Part shown: positions 44,420 to 53,431 of the stretch, in pieces
How positions within the stretch are numbered: the first letter of the stretch is position 1
Layout: every line of letters begins with the position of its first letter
Assembly (NCBI GenBank): GCA_045587445.1
Contig: JAZNCH010000053.1
Location: 13,978-77,977, forward strand
Source: Eubacteriales bacterium
GTDB taxonomy: Bacteria > Bacillota > Clostridia > Oscillospirales > CAG-272
DNA length: 64,000 nt
Reading direction: 5' to 3'
Notes under the pieces: generated by a model
What the model was told of the DNA's origin: nothing
Seen by the model: the letters and a program-made list of their open reading frames with translations, nothing else
The model's database searches: none
Position numbers and translations under genes: made by a program

Positions 44420-44614
44420 CTATGATTCAGCCATAGGCTTAATGTTTACAATGCTTTCTTTCCCACATCTTTTACATTTGATTGGCAAATCTTTAATTTC
44501 TGTGGTAGGAAGCAGCCACAAAACTGTATGCTTGTTGCAGGAAGGGCAAAGGAAACGACGCTTTTCATTTTTTATTTCATCGAGTTGTGGTTTTCGTTCT
44601 AATGTATCTTGCAA
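44420..44614 (-). CDS. Cysteine-rich KTR-family small zinc-ribbon protein
   Basis: 64 aa, CPSCNKHT...CKRCGK. TTG start 8 nt after GAGGTG. Confidence 0.7.
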   Translation of the reverse strand: MQDTLERKPQLDEIKNEKRRFLCPSCNKHTVLWLLPTTEIKDLPIKCKRCGKESIVNIKPMAES

Positions 44615-44654
44615 ATAATATCACCTCTTTTTTATCGTTTGCGGCAAGAGGTAA

Positions 44655-44703
44655 ATAAAAAAGCCTGTGCCACAATCGTATATAACGATTAAATGGCACA
44701 GGC
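44655..44703 (-). terminator. Minus-strand intrinsic terminator inside the KTR gene leader
   Basis: gcctgtgcca...tggcacaggc long hairpin with inner stem aatcgt/acgatt, followed on the minus strand by a T6 run. Confidence 0.65.
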
Positions 44704-44850
44704 ACTAAGGCTCAGGCGCAAATTTAATTTTGGGATCATAATATGAATTTTAAATTTAGTGAACAAAGAATACTTACTGACCCGGTTGTCTACGGCGACA
44801 ACAATTCTACATACACTATTTTATGGAAAGCACATTAATGATTTGGGTTT

Positions 44851-44879
44851 ATTATACACTGTTATTAAGGACGTGTCAA
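44851..44879 (-). promoter_or_regulatory. Perfect sigma-A consensus promoter (minus strand)
   Basis: The reverse complement reads TTGACA-cgtccttaataacagtg-TATAAT (17-nt spacer). Confidence 0.65.
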
Positions 44880-45206
44880 GGAGCTAAACTTAAAAAATAA
44901 TAATGTTTTTTTATGTTTTTTTGTGCAACTTATTAATATTGTAGTATAAATATCCTTCTCTCAACCCAAACTTTATTACCGGACAGATGCGATCATAATA
45001 AAATATAAGTTTATTTGCAAAAATATTAAAAAAAGTGATTAACATTCATTTAAAAAGCCGCACACAATAAAAAGCAAATAGCAAATATATTATACCATTG
45101 CTTACTCATACAGTCAAGTGCATATACTAAAATACTGAAAGAAATTTGAATAAAAAGTATAATTATTACTATAACATGTAAATTGTTTATAAGTGAGGTT
45201 TTGGTT

Positions 45207-45479
45207 ATGGGAAAGGAAGTAGATTACAAAAACAGAGACAGATTTATTCAAATTGGTATTGCTATTTCTACACTTCGGAGAATACGCGGATTGTCGCAAG
45301 AAAAGTTGGCAGAAAAAGCAAATATCAGTCGCTCTCTGTTAAGTAACATTGAGGCACCCAATATGGCATACGGTTTTTCGTTGGATGTATTTTATAACAT
45401 TGCAGATGCTCTTGATATTTCTCCCGAAGATTTAATAAAGGCATCTGTTTTTTCAGACGGAATAATTGGGAAAAAATAA
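45207..45479 (+). CDS. XRE-family HTH transcriptional regulator
   Basis: LRRIRGLSQEKLAEKANISRSLLSNIE HTH. Start at ATG 45207. Confidence 0.8.
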   Translation: MGKEVDYKNRDRFIQIGIAISTLRRIRGLSQEKLAEKANISRSLLSNIEAPNMAYGFSLDVFYNIADALDISPEDLIKASVFSDGIIGKK

Positions 45480-45563
45480 AAGAAGGTCTATACCGAAATT
45501 GGATAGACCTTCTTTCATTGTTATCAATACGTCACACTGATGGATAGTTTTCACTGTCCGCTA

Positions 45564-46958
45564 TCAGTCATTTATCTTGGGAAGACTTGCGGCTGCAACC
45601 GACTGACCTACACGGCGGCTCTTCTCATCGGGAAGGGTAATGTTGATCTTCTTTGCAAGTTCAGGAAACTCGTTAGCAAGTGCTTGCTTTGCAAAATCAA
45701 GAACAATATTTCCACCCTCACCTGAGGAAACTCTTCCGAGAAGGAGAACGTGTTTAATATCATAAAACAGTGCGTAGTATGCAACTGCATAGCCAAAATA
45801 AACTCCGATTGTCTCGTATATTTTGCGTGCACCTTCGTGCCCTTCGAGCATAAGATTTTGAACGACCTTAAGTTTTTCTGCAGGACTGAGAGCGGGGTCG
45901 AGTTCAATACCTGCCGCAGGAGCAAGCTTAATAACGCTGTCCTGTGAGAAGTACTTAACACCGCAACCATAGTCGCCCGACCACTCGTCTACCATAGCGT
46001 CCTTATTGAAGTCCACGGGAACGAATGCAAGCTCGTTGAGCCAACCGGTAATGTTACCTGATATATCAACATATCCGCCTGCTTCGCTTGTACCCATAGC
46101 TATACCGAGGATGCCGTTGTCTTCGAGGGACATAGCACCTGCAAGAGCGGTAACGTCACCGTCGTTTGCAACCTCAACCGGAATATCACAGCCAAGCTCG
46201 CGGCCGAGTTCTGAAGCAACATCGAGGTACATATTCTTAACATGTTTCTCGAAATCCTCTTCGGAAACCTTTAGGAAGAGGGAGGCAATCATGATTTTGT
46301 TGTCGATGTAAACGCCTGCCGAGGAAACGCCAATGCCATCAACACGAGGCATATGAGATGCTGCGGTCTTCATTGCGTTGAGTATTCCCTCGTAATGATA
46401 TTTAGGATCGGAATTAGTCTTTGGGAACCAAACGACCTCTTCTGAGTAAACAGGTTCACCGTCGATAACTGCACTTACTTTACGGTCGCTTCCGCCTGCG
46501 TCGAAGCCGATACGGCAGCCTGAAAGATGACGACCGACGGGCTCTGCAGACTCGTTTTCTTTGGGGGCGTTTTCAAGGGAAACTACATCGACCTCAAAGG
46601 GACGTTCATAAACTCTTGACATAAATCCACGGTCAAAATCACGGAGTCCTCCGAAATCGTATGCAGCTTTTATCTTGCTTCCGATAACATCTGAACCTGC
46701 GATTATAACCTTGTAACCTCCGCGTACCCAAAGGAGTGATTTTACGACACGCTCAACTATGTCAAAATTCTCCTCGTCGTGACCCGTACCGTCTGTAAAT
46801 ACGGTCATTTCGTATGTAGAAATATAGCCTTTGTTTCTCTCAATACCGATTACAATATTCTGTCCGCCCTCGCTCTTTGCTCTCTCGTCAAAATCCTTAA
46901 GCACAAGTGCCATAGGCATATAGCCAAGGTCAAGTGGGGCTGTTGTCTTAAGCTTCAT
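45564..46958 (-). CDS. ASKHA-superfamily sugar kinase (ROK-like), probable N-acetylglucosamine kinase
   Basis: GFDAGGSDRKV and ANDGDVTALAGA phosphate/adenosine motifs. Overlaps nagA by 11 nt. Confidence 0.6.
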   Translation of the reverse strand: MKLKTTAPLDLGYMPMALVLKDFDERAKSEGGQNIVIGIERNKGYISTYEMTVFTDGTGHDEENFDIVERVVKSLLWVRGGYKVIIAGSDVIGSKIKAAYDFGGLRDFDRGFMSRVYERPFEVDVVSLENAPKENESAEPVGRHLSGCRIGFDAGGSDRKVSAVIDGEPVYSEEVVWFPKTNSDPKYHYEGILNAMKTAASHMPRVDGIGVSSAGVYIDNKIMIASLFLKVSEEDFEKHVKNMYLDVASELGRELGCDIPVEVANDGDVTALAGAMSLEDNGILGIAMGTSEAGGYVDISGNITGWLNELAFVPVDFNKDAMVDEWSGDYGCGVKYFSQDSVIKLAPAAGIELDPALSPAEKLKVVQNLMLEGHEGARKIYETIGVYFGYAVAYYALFYDIKHVLLLGRVSSGEGGNIVLDFAKQALANEFPELAKKINITLPDEKSRRVGQSVAAASLPKIND

Positions 46959-48093
46959 AAATCGTGTTACCTCTCTTTATAGTTCTTTTTATATTAAATT
47001 TATCATCAGCGATGATAATGTCTGCATCATATCCGCTGAGCAACGCACCCTTGCCTTCTGCCTTAATAGCACGTGCCGGATTGAAGCTTGCTGCCGCAAC
47101 CACCTCGGGAACGCTGAGGGTGGTGTTTTCAAGTACGTTGCGAACCGCAATGTTGAGCTTGAGCACCGAGCCTGCAATAGTACCATCGGACAGGCGGCAC
47201 TCAATTCCCTTAAGGAATATGGGCTGACCGCCGAGGTCATACTCACCGTCGGGCATACCGCCTGCTCTGGTGCAGTCGGTAATAAGACAGAGCTTATCCA
47301 TCTTTTGCTTTGCAATTACAGAGAATACGCCGGGATGAATGTGGAATGTGTCGCAGATAAGCTCAACGGAAACATCAGTAGCAAGTGCTGCTCCCACAAC
47401 ACCGGGATCGCGGTGTGCAAGAGGTGTCATAGCGTTGAAAAGGTGGGTAGTGTGTCCCACGCCGTCTTTAACTGCAGAAATAGCTTCTTCGTAGTTAGCA
47501 CCGGTATGCCCCATGGAAATGAGAATATCGGTCTTTTCAGCTATCTCCTTAATTGTCTCGTGTCCACCGTCCATTTCGGGAGCTATTGTTAAGATACGGA
47601 TTATATCCTGATTGTCAAGCAAGAATTTAGCATTGGGTTTCTGAATGTTTTCTTCCTTTTGTGCACCCTTCTTTGATGGATTAATGAATGGTCCTTCTGC
47701 GTGAACGCCGAGTATTTCAGCACCGTCCCATGTCTTGGATTCATCTTTAAGTGATCTTACTGTGTTGAGTGCGGCATCGATCTCATCTTGAGAAACGGTC
47801 ATCGTGGTGGGAAGGAATGCGGTCACACCGTTTTGTGCTATGCCGTAAGCCATTTTTTTAATTCCATCAGGCTTTGCGTCGGAGGTATCTTCGTTAAGAT
47901 ATCCGTGAATGTGAATATCAACAAGTCCCGGAGCTACGTAGTTGCCTTCTGCATCAATAACAGTCGCATCTGCGGGCAACTTGTCCATTATATCAATTAT
48001 CTTTCCGTTTTCACTGTCAAAAGCAAGAAACTTACCTTCAACGACCGAATCGGGAAGAACTATTTTACCATTTGTTATGTATGTTAATGCCAT
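46948..48093 (-). CDS. nagA: N-acetylglucosamine-6-phosphate deacetylase
   Basis: PGLVDIHIHG, GVHAEGPF, HTTHLFNAM motifs. Start moved to ATG 48093 (AAAGGAG SD). Confidence 0.92.
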   Translation of the reverse strand: MALTYITNGKIVLPDSVVEGKFLAFDSENGKIIDIMDKLPADATVIDAEGNYVAPGLVDIHIHGYLNEDTSDAKPDGIKKMAYGIAQNGVTAFLPTTMTVSQDEIDAALNTVRSLKDESKTWDGAEILGVHAEGPFINPSKKGAQKEENIQKPNAKFLLDNQDIIRILTIAPEMDGGHETIKEIAEKTDILISMGHTGANYEEAISAVKDGVGHTTHLFNAMTPLAHRDPGVVGAALATDVSVELICDTFHIHPGVFSVIAKQKMDKLCLITDCTRAGGMPDGEYDLGGQPIFLKGIECRLSDGTIAGSVLKLNIAVRNVLENTTLSVPEVVAAASFNPARAIKAEGKGALLSGYDADIIIADDKFNIKRTIKRGNTIYEA

Positions 48094-48615
48094 AGTAAAA
48101 CAACTCCTTTGATTGAATTTTCTAATATGTAGTATAGCAGATATCAAATGGGTTTTTATGAATATTTTGTAAATTCTAAACATCCTTGGTGATTTTAATG
48201 AATGTATATTCAGAAGGATAATGGTAATTTTTTACGGTCAGGCAGATTAAAGTGTTTTTAAACGAAAAGACACAAATAATAAAGGCCATCCCTTGATTTT
48301 TTGTACGGAGAGGCATAACTGATTTAATTAAAAAGTATTGAAAAAAAGACAGCAACACACATATTTTTATCTACACATTTATGTTTTTCAAGATTTCAAC
48401 GTAAAAAAATTTTAAAGAGAGGAATCTCGAAAACGTAATATTTTCAAGGGTTGCGTGGTTCAATTGAATAAAGAAAAATCCGAACCCCACCATCGTGCAA
48501 TGAGATTCGGATTTCTACTGTTTGGTACGAGTGTTCATAACAGACCTTACCATCGTGTGATACATAAAAAATCAGCAGTGACGACACCCGAGTTTTGGGT
48601 GCCGACACTGTCGGC

Positions 48616-48702
48616 TGGTGCGGGTAACAGGACTTGAACCTGCACAGCCTTGCGACCATTAGAACCTGAATCTAACGCGTCTGCCAATTCCGCCATACCC
48701 GC
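48616..48702 (-). tRNA. tRNA-Leu (anticodon CAG)
   Basis: Reverse complement gcgggta...tacccgc-a-cca. Anticodon stem ttaga/tctaa with loop UUCAGGU, long variable arm, T-arm gcagg-ttcaagt-cctgt. Confidence 0.9.
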
Positions 48703-48905
48703 ATATATCGTGCTTTTGTATTCTATCATTTTTGAGTGGATATGTCAATGCTTTTTGAAAATAAATTTCCATGCGTGTTTCTGTGTTAAAGTTTTTATTG
48801 CACCTTTGAGGCAAAAGACTATAACACAAAAAATACAGTTGATATGTTAGAAGATTATTCAAATGTATTCAATGCGGAGTTCATTGCGTTTTTGAAATGG
48901 ATTCA

Positions 48906-48934
48906 TTGACAAAATAAAATATAGGGGGTATAAT
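48906..48934 (+). promoter_or_regulatory. Sigma-A consensus promoter
   Basis: TTGACA, 17-nt spacer, TATAAT (48929-48934). Confidence 0.65.
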
Positions 48935-48963
48935 AAAGTAAAAGAAGTATTTGAGTATACATT

Positions 48964-49136
48964 ATGATAAAACAATTAAGAATTATAGTTTTTTCATGGC
49001 AGTTGTAATGACGCTGTGCTGTATTCACGTAAATGCGTTTACAGATGTTACAGGTGTTTTGCAAAAGGAGTCATTAAAAATACTTGCTGTCGGAAACAGT
49101 TTTAGTGAAGATGCGGCGGAGTATATACTATTTTAG
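48964..49136 (+). pseudogene. Frameshifted and truncated remnant of a secreted SGNH/DUF4886-like hydrolase
   Basis: ATG 48964 gives MIKQLRIIVFSWQL*. After a T6 run the next frame continues MAVVMTLCCIHVNAF...KILAVGNSFSEDAAEY, the N-terminal catalytic-Ser block of GDSL/SGNH enzymes, and stops after about 60 aa. Confidence 0.4.
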
Positions 49137-49164
49137 CAGTTGCAAGGAAAAAGAAGAAGTAAAA

Positions 49165-49689
49165 ATGTATTTTAAAAGAAACGTAAAAAACAATTCTCTG
49201 ATTAATATAAACCAAATACAGTTGTCGGATACAAATGCACTTAAAGAGTCTTTGGCTGAACTTAACAGCAGAACCAATGAATACGGAGTGGTATTGACCG
49301 TAAAGCAGGTAAACAGACTTGCAGATGCGGTAAAGGGTGCATTAAGAGAAAGCGACAGAGTGGAGATAGGTGCAGGGATATTGCCTGTACTTGCCGACGA
49401 ATTTTCGCGTTCGATATTTGTTGACCAGGAAAACTATGCAGCACTTCTCGAAGAATTAGTATATATTTTTTTTCAGGTTAAGACGGCGGTATGCGACAGA
49501 ATATCCGACAATGACCTTGTAAGACTGCTCAGGGATTATTATGAAAATAAGGCTATGGGTTCTGTTGATTTGATGAGAGAAAGGGATATAGACCTTTTGG
49601 TAAAGTACGTTGAAATGGAACTGGGGCATTTCAGTGCTTCGGTTGGTGATGTTTACGAAACAGAAAGTTATACGGATGAAAGAACTTAA
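49165..49689 (+). CDS. Conserved hypothetical protein (possibly DUF6323-like)
   Basis: 174 aa from ATG 49165. Overlaps the next ORF by 14 nt. Confidence 0.6.
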   Translation: MYFKRNVKNNSLININQIQLSDTNALKESLAELNSRTNEYGVVLTVKQVNRLADAVKGALRESDRVEIGAGILPVLADEFSRSIFVDQENYAALLEELVYIFFQVKTAVCDRISDNDLVRLLRDYYENKAMGSVDLMRERDIDLLVKYVEMELGHFSASVGDVYETESYTDERT

Positions 49690-50635
49690 GAATTATTACG
49701 GAAATTCGCTTAATTATGAATATATAAACTTTTCCGATTATTTTCGTACGCTTTCAAGCGAGGGAAAGAGACAGTCATTTTTGACAGAGAAAAGGTTTGT
49801 CGAAATTAAGAAGAAGATAGGCGAGATATTGTCGGAACTTATTGCGGAATATACGGGTTATGAAAGTACGTCCGTTATGAAAGAAACCGCAAACGATATA
49901 TTCGTGTCGCTTTTGTATTGTCTTGATATGGCGCTTTTTATGTTTGAATCACACGAAGACGCGCTGGATTATATAATAGAAAATGATGTAAAGACAGTTT
50001 ACCGAAAGGGACAAAAGGTTATAAAACAGTGCGTGTTTGAATGTGTAAGTCTGTTGGTAAAGGCGAAGAGAAACAGAATAAATTATCCGCATACACGCTA
50101 CAATAAAATCCTTGACAGTGAAATACTTTCGTATTTAAATAGATATGACAGCAAATATTTTGCACACGGAACGAGCCGGTATTTTTTATATAATTCAGTG
50201 AACGGCTGCGGTGGGTACAGAGGAATTTTGCACTTAAAGAAATATCTTGAGAATATAATTTTTGAGAACGGTTTTGTTAACGGATTCGGTGAAGAATTGA
50301 TACAAAATTTAATTTACGGTTATTGCGAAAAGAATGGTATTGCATATAATGATATAGAAAATAACATATATTCAATAGTGCTAATGAACCGTATATTTGC
50401 CGAAATGGCGGGGCGAGACGGTATTGAGGTTTTAAAGGAAGACGCTTTGAAAATATCAAAAATATTAAAGAAACTTCCTGAAAACGAACAGCGAAGGATT
50501 ATAATTGAAACTTCGGAAAAAATTTTTGACTATTCGTATGCTCAGAGGAGCACTGTAAGACTTGCAGGGCACGTGGTAAATGCCTTAAAAAATAACGATT
50601 TAAACAAGATTATTTATATTGGTGAACTAAGATGA
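49676..50635 (+). CDS. Conserved hypothetical protein (possibly DUF6179-like)
   Basis: 319 aa from ATG 49676. Its stop overlaps the cdd start (ATGA). Confidence 0.6.
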   Translation: MKELKNYYGNSLNYEYINFSDYFRTLSSEGKRQSFLTEKRFVEIKKKIGEILSELIAEYTGYESTSVMKETANDIFVSLLYCLDMALFMFESHEDALDYIIENDVKTVYRKGQKVIKQCVFECVSLLVKAKRNRINYPHTRYNKILDSEILSYLNRYDSKYFAHGTSRYFLYNSVNGCGGYRGILHLKKYLENIIFENGFVNGFGEELIQNLIYGYCEKNGIAYNDIENNIYSIVLMNRIFAEMAGRDGIEVLKEDALKISKILKKLPENEQRRIIIETSEKIFDYSYAQRSTVRLAGHVVNALKNNDLNKIIYIGELR

Positions 50636-51012
50636 AATATCCGATAAAGGAAGCTTTTGAGGCACAGAAAAACGCATATGCTCCTTATTCAAATTTTAAA
50701 GTTGGTGCGGCATTGCTATGCTCAGACGGCAGAGTATATAAGGGCTGTAATATTGAAAATTCATCATATCCCGTAACCATATGTGCCGAGCGAGTTGCGA
50801 TAGGGAATGCTATTGCTGACGGTAATATGGATTTCAAAGCTATAGTTATAACCGGCGGAGACGACTATTGCTATCCATGCGGTATGTGCAGGCAGACTCT
50901 TGCAGAATTTGCGGACAGCGAATTCAGAATAGTAATTGCAAAGAACGAGAATGAGACTAAGGTGTACAAATTGAGTGAACTACTGCCCGAAACTTTTGTT
51001 CTTAATAAATAA
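50632..51012 (+). CDS. cdd: Cytidine deaminase
   Basis: CAERVAI and PCGMCRQ zinc-binding motifs. 126 aa. Confidence 0.92.
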   Translation: MKYPIKEAFEAQKNAYAPYSNFKVGAALLCSDGRVYKGCNIENSSYPVTICAERVAIGNAIADGNMDFKAIVITGGDDYCYPCGMCRQTLAEFADSEFRIVIAKNENETKVYKLSELLPETFVLNK

Positions 51013-51047
51013 ATTTATTAACAATATTAAAAAAAACGTAATTTTTC

Positions 51048-51076
51048 TTGACAGACTTAATTTTGTATGGTATTAT
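51048..51076 (+). promoter_or_regulatory. Promoter of the asd leader
   Basis: TTGACA, 17-nt spacer, TATTAT. Confidence 0.6.
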
Positions 51077-51082
51077 AGTGTA

Positions 51083-51283
51083 AATTTACGGGACATGTTT
51101 TGTATTAATTGCCGTAACAGAGAACGGTTTATATGCTGAGAAAACCGAACGGAAAAGATACAGAGTACCACCTGTGAGTCAAATTTTTATACAGATTGTA
51201 CACGAGTGAAACATTTGGGTGGAACCGTGCGGATAAAAAAGTTATCCTCACCCCGAAGCGAAAATAATGCTTCGGGGTTTTTG
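51083..51283 (+). promoter_or_regulatory. T-box leader upstream of asd (candidate Thr ACC specifier)
   Basis: AGAGA and GCUGAGA stem I motifs (51118-51141). ACC-A at 51167-51170 sits in the same context as UGG-A in the trpB leader. T-box aaacatttgggtggaaccgtgcgg (51209-51232). Terminator ccccgaagc...gcttcgggg plus a T-run (51251-51282). Confidence 0.72.
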
Positions 51284-51341
51284 TTATCTGTATAGCTTAT
51301 TGTGAGAAAATAAAATTCATTATAGAAATGGAGAAGATGTT

Positions 51342-52430
51342 ATGGAAAGAAAATTAAGAGTAGGCGTTGTAGGCGGAACCGGTATGGTTGGTCAGCGTTT
51401 TTTGACACTCCTCGACAACCACCCATATTTTGAGGTTGTAGCTATTGCGGCAAGTGCACGTTCTGCAGGAAAGACTTATGAAGAAGCAGTAGGAGACAGA
51501 TGGAAGCTCAAGACTCCCATGCCTGAAGCGGTAAAGAAAATTGTTGTTACAAATGCATCTGATATAAAGGCAAGTACTGAAAAGGTAGACTTTGTTTTCT
51601 GCGCGGTTGATATGAAGAAGGACGAGATAAGAGCGTTGGAGGAAGCTTATGCAAAGGCTGAAATTCCCGTTGTATCAAACAACTCTGCTCACCGTTGGAC
51701 TCCTGACGTTCCTATGGTAGTGCCGGAAATCAACGATGCACACCTTGAAGTTATCGAAGCTCAGAAGAAGAGACTTGGTACAAAGAAAGGCTTTATTGCA
51801 GTTAAACCCAACTGCTCAATTCAGAGTTACGTACCTATGCTTTCGGCATTGCTTAAGTATGAGCCTACAGACGTGGTTGTAACTACATATCAGGCAATTT
51901 CGGGTGCAGGAAAGACATTCAAAGAATGGCCTGAAATGATTGACAATGTTATCCCCTATATTGGCGGCGAAGAAGAGAAGAGCGAACAGGAACCTCTTCG
52001 TATTTGGGGTAAGGTTGAAAACGGCGAGATTGTTAAGGCAAACGCTCCTCACATTACTACACAGTGTATAAGAGTTCCCGTAACAGACGGACATTTGGCG
52101 GCGGTATTTGTATCCTTTAAGAACAAGCCCAGCAAGGAAGAAATTTTGAAGGCTTGGAAGGAATACAAGGGTGCTCCTCAAGAACTTGAATTGCCTTCAG
52201 CTCCCAAGCAGTTTATCACATATTTTGAAGAAGATAACCGTCCTCAAACGGGTATAGACAGAGATGTTGAAAAGGGAATGGGAATTACAGTAGGAAGACT
52301 ACGTGAAGACCACCTTTACGATTATAAGTTTGTCGGTCTTTCTCACAATACGTTGAGAGGCGCAGCAGGCGGTGCAGTACTTATCGCCGAGCTTCTTGCA
52401 AAGAAGGGGTATTTGACACCCAAAGACTGA
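51342..52430 (+). CDS. asd: Aspartate-semialdehyde dehydrogenase
   Basis: VGVVGGTGMVGQRF, KPNCSIQ (active-site Cys), SHNTLRGAAG. Confidence 0.93.
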   Translation: MERKLRVGVVGGTGMVGQRFLTLLDNHPYFEVVAIAASARSAGKTYEEAVGDRWKLKTPMPEAVKKIVVTNASDIKASTEKVDFVFCAVDMKKDEIRALEEAYAKAEIPVVSNNSAHRWTPDVPMVVPEINDAHLEVIEAQKKRLGTKKGFIAVKPNCSIQSYVPMLSALLKYEPTDVVVTTYQAISGAGKTFKEWPEMIDNVIPYIGGEEEKSEQEPLRIWGKVENGEIVKANAPHITTQCIRVPVTDGHLAAVFVSFKNKPSKEEILKAWKEYKGAPQELELPSAPKQFITYFEEDNRPQTGIDRDVEKGMGITVGRLREDHLYDYKFVGLSHNTLRGAAGGAVLIAELLAKKGYLTPKD

Positions 52431-52649
52431 GTTCTGTTAATTGAATTTGAAAAAAGGAAATGTTTTAAATTAAAACACTTCCTTTTTTTTGTAAAAAAAT
52501 AAAGAATTTTTCACGAAATTATATATTTTTTATTAATAACATGTTATAATATAAGTGAAAAAGATATTCGTTTGATTTTTTACACATAACAACTATTTTG
52601 AAAACATTCCGCTTTGTGCGGGGTTAATATACAAAAAGGTGGTATGGAA

Positions 52650-53177
52650 ATGAAGATTACAACAGTAGGAAGACAAATGGATGTGCCTCGTGATTTGAAA
52701 GAATTGTTCGAGTCGAAGCTTTTAAAATTTGATAAGTTTTTCAAAGATGAAGCGGAGGCAGTAATCACGATTTCGAGAAAGAAGAATCTTGAATGTCTTG
52801 AACTGATGATTACTGCAAACGGAACACTTTTCAGAAGTGAAGAGGCAGATATGACATTCCGTAACGCTCTTGATAAGGCGATTGATACCATTGAAAGACA
52901 GATACGCAAAAACAAGACAAGACTTGAAAAGAAGTTTAAGGGAAGCGGTTATGACATTGACGCTTTTTTAGGCGATGATTATGACAGAGAGGAAGAGGAG
53001 GAGTTTGAGATAAGAACGAAGACTATTTCGTTTAAGCCTATGTCGGTTGAAGAAGCAATACTTCAAATGAATTTGCTTGAACATGAGTTTTTTGTTTTTA
53101 CTAATATGGATACAGACGACGTAAACGTTGTATATAAGAGGAAAAACGGAGGCTACGGACTTATTATTCCCGAATAA
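52650..53177 (+). CDS. hpf: Ribosome hibernation-promoting factor (long HPF)
   Basis: S30AE N-domain plus the C-terminal dimerisation domain KPMSVEEAILQMNLLEHEFFVFTN. ATG 52650 lies 7 nt after AAAGGTGG. Confidence 0.88.
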   Translation: MKITTVGRQMDVPRDLKELFESKLLKFDKFFKDEAEAVITISRKKNLECLELMITANGTLFRSEEADMTFRNALDKAIDTIERQIRKNKTRLEKKFKGSGYDIDAFLGDDYDREEEEEFEIRTKTISFKPMSVEEAILQMNLLEHEFFVFTNMDTDDVNVVYKRKNGGYGLIIPE

Positions 53178-53431
53178 AAAATAATAGTAATTTATCGCTC
53201 GGAACAAACTTTTGTTCCGGGCGATTTTTGTCATATTAAAGATAAAATGCAAGAGAAACTTAACAATAACAAGTATATCGATGTAATACATAATAATTTA
53301 AAGTCGTGGCTTGTAAAAAGATTTAAAAATAAAGAATTGTTGTGGGGGGATTGCTAAAAATATATTATTATGTTAATCTATACAATGGTATATGATTTGT
53401 GATATATGTAATGGCATGGAGGAATCGAACT

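Noticed and set aside
44400-44618. 72-aa plus-strand ORF; also the 61-aa minus-strand ORF at 45114-45299
   Set aside because: The first is antisense to the KTR zinc-ribbon gene. The second lies in AT-rich promoter DNA with no SD and a low-complexity translation.
33400-48710. Idea that the fibre locus is a tRNA-targeted genomic island or ICE remnant (XRE, KTR and tRNA-Leu nearby)
   Set aside because: There is no integrase, recombinase, relaxase or transposase ORF. I could not find a direct repeat of the tRNA 3' end. nagA and the ROK kinase lie between the locus and the tRNA. Horizontal origin remains possible but is unsupported here.
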